DNA of 64,000 bases, from positions 4,464,001 to 4,528,000 of the forward strand of contig JBNJNM010000011.1 in the NCBI GenBank assembly GCA_052426225.1, written 5' to 3'. Below, piece after piece: positions 11,810 to 22,921 of this stretch. A program made the translations under genes and the position numbers. Below the pieces are notes generated by a model. The model made no database searches. It saw only the letters and a list, made by a program, of their open reading frames with translations, and was not told where the DNA came from. This stretch comes from Zancudomyces culisetae HAW-14-8. Lineage: Eukaryota; Fungi; Kickxellomycota. Each line of letters opens with the position of its first letter. Positions within the stretch are counted from its first letter, which is position 1.

Positions 11810-13908
11810 CTCGTCGTTCTTTTCTTTTTATTTTCCTTCAATCTTGAAGTCAAAAAATAATTTTTCTGGAGAAATTTGAATAATAGAGAGAATAAAATCT
11901 TTAGTATACCTCTTTCCAAGCGACCATATCTATCTCTTATAAACGCTATTTTCGCTTTCCTAAAAATCCATAACCCAAGAAAGCTTAAAACTTAAAACTG
12001 TTAACTCTTTATTTATTGTGAAATTTGTTTATGTTCGTAATCCAGCCTAAGGGGATTTGTACTCAGAATCATGGGTATTTCCCAAAATCAACTTGGTAGT
12101 AGATTTTTACCTCCTAAAATAACAATCTCGTTGTTTTTAGCCCAATTATGCGTAGTTTGCATAATCCAGTCGTAAATACTTTCCGGGTACATGATTCCCG
12201 GCTCGTTAAGAGTCTTTGCAAACCAATCTGCATTTTAGTGTTGTTTTTTTTCTTTTTCGTTTACACAAACTGAGATTTACACAATTTTCTCGTATTTTAT
12301 TTTTTGCCTTGTGTTTTTGTGTTTAATGGCGCTACATTTTTCAAAAAGTCAACCTAAATTCCGAGGAATAACAAATCCAGATATGTTATTGGTCGCCTCG
12401 ACAAGTATATAGTTTCAAAATTATGAGGCAAATTGTTCGCTAGTGCTCACACTCGCATTTAAGCAGTAGGGTTTACGCTGTTATTTTCAACACAACTATC
12501 TTTGATAAAGGCCAAAAGCCGAGGTTCTCAAAGACCCCTAAAAAGAATAATAGTACCCCACTACTGCTTAGTAGGTGGCTATTAGAATAATCACCAACTG
12601 CTTTACCGCTTTTTTCTTTGATAAGCAATTTGCACTATGTTAACGGTATCGCTCTTCAAAGTGAACCAAATTTATGAGTTCAGGAGGGAAAGTTAAGTAT
12701 AAAACGTGTGTTGATATTTCAGTTCATTTTTCCAAAAAAGAAAAAAAAACCCCCCTGTCCACTCAATTACATATACAGGCTTGAAGTCTATTCCAATAAG
12801 CGCTAATCTGGACACTATTATTATCACCCATGAGTTGTGTTTAAGAGCTCACATCACACTTTTCCTTGTACCTAACGCAGTTCCTTTTAAATATATAACA
12901 GTTTATCTCATTTTTATTCAGCTTTAAATTAACACTTTGCTTATATCTTTTTTTTTTGGTATTAGATGCGAATTTGCACAATCGCCCTGGAGGTACTGCT
13001 ATTATGTCGTACACTTGGTTATTTTTTGAATGTCATGTAAAATGCATACTACCAGTGTGATGTAGTAGCTTCGGTGCTGGTTGCTTTTACAAATATCTAG
13101 TATTGCATATTTGCTGAAATCATTAAACAGACCAGTCAATTTGGCTTATATCACTATTGTATAATCATTTCAAGACGCCGAACATACAGATAGTTCCCAT
13201 TAATGTCCAAAAACTCTTTTTTATAAACAAGTAAAATAGTTTTATTAAAAGACACCATTCACATAATAAACCCAACTAACGCACAAATTTGTAATTGCAG
13301 GATTAAACTTCGTCCATTAATTACCAAAATGATATTATTCCAAGGTTTTAAGCATGATGATATATCCCTAACTCTCCGAGTTTTTAAACCACGCTCAGCA
13401 AAACAATAATTTTGCCTTTAGATACAAATTTAAGCCAGAAAACTACGTAGACTACTCCAAGCGTCAGCAGTTATTTTTGTGTTTTTAATAAAAGTTAGTG
13501 GAACATATTCCTGAATGTGTGACTAAAACTATTCGTTTTGTGACACATTCAGATGTTGTTCTAGACTTAAAAATGCATTGTGGAAGGATGCTGTATGTAA
13601 AAATACCGCTATATCAGTCAGTGCTGTGTAACTGCGATTCGGTTAGTCCTAAAATAATATTCACTTTTTTTTATGCTTTCTAAGTGAAACCTTTGTTGCT
13701 ATTTATATCTATAGAGAAAGTAAACTCTACGTAAACCATGAAAACAGTTTTTACTGTGCATCTAGACCCATTTTGTGTCCATTTATCATAGTATTCTTTG
13801 TTTTTATCGATATTAGTAACAGATTTTATTTCTTCTAAGGCTTAATCGCTTTTCAATTAGTATAATACAGTTGTGAGAATCGTGAAATAAAGTTCCTCGT
13901 GCAGAAAA

Positions 13909-15321
13909 TCAGCTTAGCTGAGATAAGGCGACGCTCAATGTCTTGGTGGATGTTACAAGCTGTTTGTAAGCAGATATCGACCGTTTATCCATCTTGGGTA
14001 GCAGGCCACACCCCAATAACGCTTTTGAAAGCGAAATAAAATTTTCAATTGCTTTTTCTATACAAGCCAGAATGAAATCGTAGTTTTTCTTTGCATAAAA
14101 ATCGTAAAACGATTTGAATTCCATTACACCTGAAATGTAAGAACATGATTTCTTGAATTCGGCAAGACAGGTACGGAAATCTTTATCTTTTGGTAAAGGC
14201 AATTGATTACTTAAAAAGAGCAGCCCAGACGCATTATTTTCAGCGTTTAAATTTATAGAACCAATCTTTCTACTAAATTCATCCCTGTGCATGTCAAAAT
14301 ACTCCACGTTGCTATCCGGTACAGATATGTTGACTGTAGGCTGTACTTCTCTAAATACTTCTTCCAGAGATGCGATAAAGATATTACTGGATTCCAAGGT
14401 CTTTTGTATGTTTTCGTTAATTTTTTGTAGGATTACATTTTCTTTACTAGTTTTGGTGCCGCTTTGAAGTTTTTTCTTTACAACCTCGTTGGTACCAATC
14501 TCAATGTCAAGGTTCTTTGTATCAAGCTTCAACTGAGTTCTTGATGTTTCCTCCTCTATGCTAGGCAATATCTGGCTTGTCTCCATATTCATGTTTACAG
14601 TGTCACTGGCTACTTCTGTTGTTGATGTAGGTTTATTTATACCAACTGCTTTACCATCTGTCTCACTACCCCGAGTAAAACTGCTTGGTGGCAAAATTTT
14701 GGTTCTATTAATTGCCGAAAACTCTTTTACCAAGGATTCGCCTTCTATCATGGCAAAGTATAACTTTATCAAAATCTCTTTGATGTTGTTATTTGACTGT
14801 TGAGAATTTTCTCCTGTTGGATAGTCCATTCCCTCTAGCATCCCAAGCTTAACATTGACCTCATTATCGTCTTTTTCTACAATAGCTAGTTTGTTTGAAA
14901 ACAAGGACAGGCAATCCTTCAGCCATGTTATCGCAGAGTTAATCAAATACTTAGCATCATTAATGATAAAAATATTTCGTTTTTCTTCGTCTGTAGACGT
15001 TGTTTTATTATTTGTTTCTTCATCTGAAAGAGTGGGTTTCTCAGTGTTATATCCCCAATTAAAGGGCTTTTCAATTGCATGCAAATTGGCTGTACCATCA
15101 TAATTTACGCTAGCTTCAAGCTTCGGAACCAAGTTGTTTATTTTTGTACACACTTCTTTGCCATTTCCAATCAGATTTTTTATATGTCCTTGTTGAGATG
15201 CTTCAAATTCATTTAGCGAGATTTCCAAGCATGAAATGGTACTATGCGTTATTTTTAGTATTTGCCTTGATACAAATATGCATTTTAAGAGCTTGTCACT
15301 TTCAATGTGTTCTGGATCCAT
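13909..15321 (-). CDS. Hypothetical protein (470 aa, predicted helical N- and C-terminal regions separated by an acidic/T-rich linker)
   Basis: Uninterrupted 1.4-kb ORF in AT-rich DNA with protein-like composition; no family recognised. Confidence 0.7.
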   Translation of the reverse strand: MDPEHIESDKLLKCIFVSRQILKITHSTISCLEISLNEFEASQQGHIKNLIGNGKEVCTKINNLVPKLEASVNYDGTANLHAIEKPFNWGYNTEKPTLSDEETNNKTTSTDEEKRNIFIINDAKYLINSAITWLKDCLSLFSNKLAIVEKDDNEVNVKLGMLEGMDYPTGENSQQSNNNIKEILIKLYFAMIEGESLVKEFSAINRTKILPPSSFTRGSETDGKAVGINKPTSTTEVASDTVNMNMETSQILPSIEEETSRTQLKLDTKNLDIEIGTNEVVKKKLQSGTKTSKENVILQKINENIQKTLESSNIFIASLEEVFREVQPTVNISVPDSNVEYFDMHRDEFSRKIGSINLNAENNASGLLFLSNQLPLPKDKDFRTCLAEFKKSCSYISGVMEFKSFYDFYAKKNYDFILACIEKAIENFISLSKALLGCGLLPKMDKRSISAYKQLVTSTKTLSVALSQLS

Positions 15322-16954
15322 TTCAGTATCCGTGCTTTAAAAAAAAGATGATTGTCAGTACTTTAATATAGAGATGTAAAGATATAAATATACCTTCGAA
15401 ACTAAGGTGGTTTTTTACTAGCTTTTTATTTTGGCTCTGGTTTACATTCTCTTTTTTACCACACTTTTTATGTTTCCTATTAAATTAAAAATCGATTGAA
15501 AAATATTAAAAGCTAGCACAAATGGAAATATTGGAACAATTAAAGTCGCGTGATAAAACAATTCATATGTTAGTGAAATGTTTAATGGAGAAATGCTTTT
15601 TTCAGTTTTAACCTGTGAATGAATACCGAAGATAATAGAAAGAAACTTGACAAGAGTATTTGGTTTTTCATTATTTGCAATTTCTTTAAGCTTTTGTATA
15701 TTTTTGAATGAAATGCGAAGAACTACCTGTTACATTGGGTTCTGTTCGACACCTACACCCACACCTACACCCACGTCTGTTCCTCAGATACATATTCTTT
15801 TATATTCAAACTTGGCGTGTTTATGACTCAGCTTTGTAACAATACAGAGTTTATCAGAAAAACTGGCATCTTGGGTATTCTGATATCACCACCAAGTTTC
15901 GGCTGCTTCACATAGAGCTGAAATTATACGCGCCATTTTCCTATGGTGAAAAAGCCCATTATTATTGAAATTAGTGTTATGATCTTCAGGTGAACATATG
16001 GCACAATGGCTACGGTATTGTATCACTATTAAAGTCTAGGCCAAATATGGATTTTTGTTGAACAATGGAGCAACTGAAGAATAATTTTTATACAGGTGCT
16101 GGTAGTGTTGTCTGCGCACGCTCCGCTGTACTTAATGTTCTGTTTAAAATCCGCATACTCTATCTTTATTTGAACAAACATGTTGTATGATAAAAGCGGT
16201 GTTGAGCTGCAAGTTTAGTATTTATGATGAACCCATGCTATACTTGTACATGTCGTCTCTTTTTTTTTTTTAGCCGCCAGTCTAATATCACCGGTTTTTA
16301 AATGGTAAAAATAGACTACAAACATATGTTCACATAGTTTGGATAGTTATATTTGAGAGGCCGTTCCGATTCTGCGTATTGGTGTGGCAGCGGATGATCT
16401 AACATTTATATGCAAAGTTTGTTTGACCATGCAATTGCAGAGCACACTTTTGAAGTGGGTGCTTGACTGTTGACTTATGGTTAAAGGATATTACTTGGTT
16501 CAGGTTCGCATTTAAATAAGCATGTAACTTCAAAGTGAAAAGTAAAGACAAACCGACAAAAGAAAAAGAAAAAGAAAAAGAAATGTTTTCTCCATTCCCA
16601 AGCAATAATGTTAGCACACTATTGCCAAGAGTGATTTTTTTTTTTACGCTTAATGACAAATAAACAGGGCAAGGGAGAAAAAAAGCACATGGAAAATCCT
16701 CTGGAGGGAGGAACGTGAATAATGAAATCCCTCTTGCTTCACCAAATGAAAGCAAAATATAAGCTTTCCATGAAAAAAGTAGAAAGGGGTTTCAATAGGT
16801 CCAGGCCAAGACCCGGATCCAAGCCCAAGTTCAAAAATTTTAATATAAGGGCTAAGTATGAGTAGATTATTTTATACCCTTGCTTTAAATATATTCCTGA
16901 AATTGAATAACCTTTAAGACAAAATTCGGAAAGAGAAGATATTGAAGGCGGAGG

Positions 16955-18506
16955 ATGTTTTTTAAAAAGGTTTCAAACGAGGATAAAGCTCTACAGGCAG
17001 AAAAGGTGATATTGAAATACACAAATCTACCCTTTGAATTTATTGGGGATACAGATACGAGTAATGGTGATGTTAAGAAAGAAGAAAGCAGATATACTGT
17101 AAGGCACGTTGAAATAGGTAGTGGAGAACTCATAAACACATTAATTATCAAAGCTAAAACCTCAGATCCAGCAGCTACGAATGCGTCTGAAAGCACTGTA
17201 AAGCCAGAGCCGAAAAACTTGGTTATTGGGCACGGATATGGAAATGGATTGGGATTTTATTTTAAAAATCTCGAGGAGCTGAGCACAATCGAAAACACTA
17301 ATATATATGCAATAGATTGGTTGGGGATGGGTCGCAGTTCGCGACCAGAATTTGTTTTACACAAGCTGCCAAGTGATGAATCGGTAGAAAAGGTATTATT
17401 TGTACTTTGTGCATTTACTTTTGGTGCTTTTAAGGTGTCGAGTAGTCTATTTTAAACAGGTTGTAACAGTCAAATTGATGGCTCATAGATTGAAGAATAT
17501 TTTGTAACAATGTTGGAAAAATGGAGGGTCAAAATGGGACTTGAGAAGTTTGTGCTACTGGGACATAGCTTTGGAGGATATATGGCGTCGCTATATGCAC
17601 TACGATATCCAGAGCGGCTTGATATGTTGATTCTTGAATCTCCAGGTAATTCCCTATGATATATAGATATGTATATTTAAACGTTACGGGGTGGGTATAC
17701 GCTGGTTATTAATCACATGTATAAAGTTCAGTATAAATCTTTTCTTTTTTTTTTACAAAAAAAAAATAGTTGGGATACCCAGAACTCCTCCGTATGTCGA
17801 TGAGTACATTAAGACGGGAAAAATACCAAAGCCAGATATAGATGAAGAAAGTTTTATTAGTGGTAAAATGTCACCAGACAAGCAAGAGGGGAAAAAAGAG
17901 AATGTAGACCAAAGTACCAAGCCATCATTTTATGAGGGGATGGACGAATATGAACGGCTGCGTTATTACAAATTTTCTGAACTTGCAAACAAGCACACGA
18001 TACTGATACCCATGGTATCTAGACTGTGGAATATGAACTATTCGCCACAGTGGTTGATCCGCAAGATGGGTGGATATCTAGGGATCAAAATGCTAAACAG
18101 GTATGTCAGTAAATTCAAAAGCCTGAGTGATGCAGAGCGAAGTGACCTAGCGGAATATATGCATAGTATTTCAGTGCTACCAGGGAGCACAGAGTATTCT
18201 ATATGTATCTTGTTGAAAGTTGGTGCGTATGCTCGCAAGCCGTTAGCAGACCGAATCCATCAGCTGGAAGTGCCTACGGTGTTTATGTATGGGGAGACGG
18301 ACTGGATGGACAAGAAAGGGGGTATTGAGGTTATTGAGCGTATGAATGTACCAACAGAACTGGTGACAATCCCGAAAGCGGGGCATAACATGCACCTGGA
18401 CAACTGTGTAGAGTTTAACAGGGTAATTAAGCGAGTTGTTGAGGTGGGCATTTCTGCAGAACAAAGCAAGTTGGGAGAGCGAAGTAATAGTGTGGAAAGC
18501 GCATGA
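16955..18506 (+). CDS. Alpha/beta hydrolase, CLD1/ICT1/ABHD4-5 family (cardiolipin deacylase / LPA acyltransferase-like), 3 exons, about 443 aa
   Basis: Exons 16955-17392, 17489-17645, 17770-18506 with GT..AG introns, frame maintained. Motifs GHGYGNGLGF, AIDWLGMGRSSRP, nucleophile GHSFGG (exon 2, absent from the ORF track), MYGETDWMD, and AGHNMHLDN (HX4D). Confidence 0.9.
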
Positions 18507-18746
18507 ATTTATAGCTACATACTTTATTATATATATTATATATACATATTTTTTTTGTTTGGTGGGGAAGTGAGAAAGTGTTTATTTAAAGGGTATTTAC
18601 AAAATAAATTGAACGAGAATAAAGTAAAGTTAGCAAGACAAAGAAGAAAAGGACAAAGAGGGGCAGGAGGAGGGGAGGGGGGGATAAAAAGGGATCAAAC
18701 CTATTTGAGAAAAGTAAGGTGTTATAAAGTATTTCAAGAAAACTTT

Positions 18747-19163
18747 TTAGGGCTTGCATTCGATTTCGGTTTTATCTTTTTGGTAGCAGTTTGTTCCAGC
18801 GGCACAGGACATTATGGTGTGTTTGTTGTTTCCAACTTCAAAGATGACGTACTGACCGGCATACCCACTTGGCTTGAGACAGTATTGGGTGCCATGAACG
18901 TATCTGTTGTATTTGTATGGTTGTGAATGGTAAACTTGGTAAGATTGTGCGTAACTTGCGTCCATAGCATGACCTCTAACATTTCCATTAACATATTTAA
19001 TGTTGTATTGGTTTTGGTTTTGGTTTTGGTTTTGGTTTTGGTTTTGGTTTTGGTTTTGGTTTTGGTTTTGATCTTGATCTTGATCTTGGGCGCTGATTGC
19101 TTGAAGGACACCAAGGGATAAGAAGAAGAGTTTTGAGAAGGTGGATGTTGATAGCATAAACAT
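18747..19163 (-). CDS. Small secreted protein: signal peptide, (QD/QN)n tract, Cys-containing CBM19-like C-terminus
   Basis: Hydrophobic N-terminus (FSKLFFLSLGVLQAISA), QDQDQDQNQN... repeat, C-terminal module YC...GQY...G....MSCAAGTNC.......C resembling the fungal CBM19 CxxGTxC pattern. Confidence 0.7.
   Translation of the reverse strand: MFMLSTSTFSKLFFLSLGVLQAISAQDQDQDQNQNQNQNQNQNQNQNQNQNQYNIKYVNGNVRGHAMDASYAQSYQVYHSQPYKYNRYVHGTQYCLKPSGYAGQYVIFEVGNNKHTIMSCAAGTNCYQKDKTEIECKP
19008..19088. repeat. (TTTTGG)n/(TCTTGA)n hexamer tandem repeat encoding the QN/QD tract
   Basis: Directly visible tandem hexamers inside the 18747-19163 ORF. Confidence 0.95.
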
Positions 19164-21103
19164 TATTCTAATAATTATACTGTGTTCTTTTTTCTTTTCT
19201 TCTAGTAAATCAAGAAGGATAGGAGGAGGAGAATTTTATATTTAAATCAGTTGAGTGTTGAGAAAAAGTGATGGGTAATGGTAAGAGAAGATGGAAGAAA
19301 AATGAAAATGAAAAGATGGGTGGTACTTATAGTTTTTTTTTTTTTTTACTTTTTTACTTTTATTTTTTGATGGGTGTTTGTGTATAGATACGAATGAGTT
19401 CATTTTAGAAACACTTGTATGTAATAATGAGTAATATAACATCAGTATGTGGTTTATATTATAGGGTTTGGCACGGTATCAATTAAGGCAGTGTGAATAT
19501 TAAAATTGATATAAATATATATACGTGTGTGTGGTAATCGAATGTCGCCGCGAGGGAATACAAAAAAACAGTATAATATACGTATATATATTAAATGTGA
19601 ATATACTTAAGCCATTTGTTGATATTAAGAGTATGCGTGTAATCTATGACATGCTAGTTCGTGTCATTAAGAGTTAAATTAATGTAGACAGTATTGGGGA
19701 GAATAGTAGTAAGGAGTATGTTGAAATGAACAGGTGAAGAGGAAGAGGTAAGGTGAGAGGAAAGAAATGATAGATGGTATTGATCAATTAATCAATTGAT
19801 CAAAATGTGCATGTGTTAGGGGAAGGGTGAATGTGGGTGTGGGTGTGGGTGTGGTACAAATAGAAAAATGTGTAAAAAGTAGTTGTGCCAAATTATTTTT
19901 TTGCGGGTAGGCGTGAATATCATTCTTTCATCCATCCTCTTTGAAGCCAAAACTAAAAGTAAAAAAAAAAAGAAAGACAAAATCCTGCATAAAAAAAGTG
20001 GCGTTAAATGGAAATTAATAAACAAAGAGTAAAGAGAAAAGTATATTACCACTATATTTATTTATTTTTTACTATGCAATAACTAAAGTTGCAAGATGAA
20101 AAGGGTAATTGAAGAAATAATTAAATAGCCTATACATGGAGCGGAGGGTGGGTGATGAGTGATAAGAGTTGAGTGTTGAGTGTTTGGGTGTTTGGGTAGA
20201 GAGTGGGAGATATAAAATAAATTACAAAAAAAAAATATTAAATATAGCGTGAGATTGGAATATAATGTTCGAGTAAATGTATAAATGTAATGAGAGAAAA
20301 ACCACAAAGAAAAGAGAAAAAGGGGGGAAAAAAGGGGGGGTGGAAAGAGATATGATGTACCTCTACTACCATTAAGACTGTACAAAAATTATAATAACCA
20401 TAAATAAATTATTAAATATAGAAAAAAAAGGCTATACAAGATATTCCGCAACATAATACTACGTTTTATGTATTAATAGCGACCTCTAAAAAAACAAGAT
20501 TAATCAGATATTAAATGCTTGAACAGTGAAAATTAATGGCGGGAAATTATACATTTGTCCACAGCAAATAAAAATTAGACTTTTTTAATCAAGGATTTAA
20601 AATTTAATATTAGCATTTGCATTAGCATTAGTGTTAGTAATAATAAAGGATTAAAAATAAATAAATAAAGAAATAACAAAAAAAAAAAACAAAAATGCAA
20701 ATTTCAAAGTATTCTATTTTCGGCATATTCTCCATAATCCATTAAAATATAAAATAAAGTAAAAAAAAGAATTAATTAATTAATAATAATAATAATAATA
20801 ATTAAAATCAAAATCAACTCATGCTAAAAAATAAAATAAAATAAAAGAAAAAGTATATTGTAAATACACATAATCATATACATAAACTAAAAAGAGTGTT
20901 CAAATAAATTGAGCAAAAGAAAAAAAAGACCAAGGTTATTGCAAACACACTTAAAAACAAAGAGGTGTAATGCAAAAAGAACCTAAAATTTGTACATTTT
21001 GAAAATATTTAATTTAGAAGCAATCTCTTTTTTTTAATTTTTTTTATTTTTTCTGCGAAACCTAAAGGTAAAATATAACAATATAAAGTAAAAAGTAAAA
21101 AGT

Positions 21104-22921
21104 ATGAATGTTGGTAATATAAATGATGGGATCGCGGTAGCTGAGCTTGAAACTACAAGATATGCAGATATTGGAACATCCGAAACTGTTCCACTAACTG
21201 GAGAACACTTTGGGTCTACTACAAAAATCGATTACGAAAAACAAAAGTATAGGGAAAGAGAAAGAGAAAAGGACAACCAGGATCTTGTGGATTACAAAAT
21301 GGAAATGCAAAACGATGCCTCGTATGAATTGTACAGGCAAGCGGCTGATAACAAGAGTATTATTACATTGGTAGTTTTGTGTAAGTAGAATAGGGATTGT
21401 GCATAATAATATAGTATAAAAGGAGAAGAAAAGAAAAGAGAAGAGAGGAAAAGAAAAGAATGTATGTGATGTGTGAGGTAGTAGTAAAAAGAAAAAGCTA
21501 ACATAAACTATAATGAAAAATAAATAGATCTTATTCAAGGTGTACCCTTAGGACTAAGTAGCGGGTCAATCCCATTTCTGCTAAAAGATCGGGAAGTCAG
21601 CTACTCACAACTCTCAAACTTTTCGCTGAGCACATATCCATATTCACTCAAGCTGTTCTGGTCACCAATAGTAGACGCCTTGTTTCTCAGAGGACGAGGA
21701 ACAAGAGAGCAGTGGTGGAGGCGATACTTTGGGGGGCGGCGGAAAAGCTGGATTGTACCGGTGCAGCTAGTACTTGCGGTGATTATGTACAGCGTAGGTC
21801 GTGTGATAGATATCGATATGCCAGGAGACCATGGATTGCGGATTGGGGTGGGGCAGTTGGCAACAATATTTTTTACAATAGTGATGCTGAGTGCGACGCA
21901 GGACATTGCAGTGGACGGGTGGGCACTGACAATGCTGAGCCGCAAGCGAGTGGGATACGCCAGCAGCTGCCAAACGATTGGGCTAAACAGTGGATATTTT
22001 CTGAGTTTTACGGTATTTCTGGCACTAAATACAGCAGAGCTTAGCAACAAATATCTGCGAAGTGAGGAACTGGAATGGGGAGTATGGACTTTGGGAGGAT
22101 ACATGCGAGTATGGGGAGTGATATATGCGCTAGTGACGATATATCTAGTACTATTTGTAAATGAAGCAGAGGAAGAAAGGCAGTACGGGAAAGTGCCGGG
22201 AATAATGGAGACGTACCGAACGATGTACGAAATAGTGAAGTTGCGAAACATGCAGCAGCTGATCAAGATGTTGATGATAGCCAAATTGGGGTTTGTGGCA
22301 CACGATTCGATAATGCAGCTGAAACTGGTCGAGCGAGGACTGAAAAAGGAGCAAATGGGAATAGTGGTGCTAATAGATTTTCCGCTGCAGATAGTGTTTG
22401 GGTACTATGCAGCTAAATGGAGCCAGGGTCGAAGCACAAGCAATGAGGGAGTGTTGCGACCATGGCGACGCGGATATTTGGTGCGGATATGCGTGAGTGT
22501 GGCAGGAATGATACTGGTGCACCAGTGGCGTGGACAAGTGTACCTATACTTTGTGCTAAAGATAGTGGGTAGTCTGGCATCGACGGTAATGTTCGTAGGG
22601 CTAACAACGTTTATTACGCGGATTTCGGATCCATTGATTGGAGGCACATACATGACGCTACTAAATACAGTCAGCAATTTTGGAGGAACATGGCCAGTGT
22701 ATTTTGTGATGAAAGGAGTCGATATGTTTACAATCAAAAGGTGTGAAGGAGCAGGGTCCGAGTGTGTGGTGGAACGTGATGGATACTATGTTGTGTCATT
22801 GCTGTGTGTGAGTATTGCGTCAATATCGTTTATATGGTTTATCCGGCCGACAGTACTACGGCTGGAAAGACAGCCATTACGTGGATGGCGGACAAAGACC
22901 CATTCAGCGCAGCTTTGCTGA
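21104..22921 (+). CDS. Acetyl-CoA transporter (SLC33A1/AT-1 family, MFS), 2 exons, about 556 aa
   Basis: Exon 1 21104-21380, intron 21381-21527 (GTAAGT..GCTAAC..TAG), exon 2 21528-22921. Splicing gives LVVLYLIQGVPLGL; also YPYSLKLFWSPIVD, ATQDIAVDGWALTMLS, YASSCQTIGLNSGYF, RISDPLIGGTYMTLLNTVSNFGGTWP. Confidence 0.93.

Noticed and set aside
19008-19070. (TTTTGG)n as an interstitial telomere-like repeat
   Set aside because: It lies in frame within a signal-peptide ORF, encodes QN and grades into QD codons, so it is a coding microsatellite.
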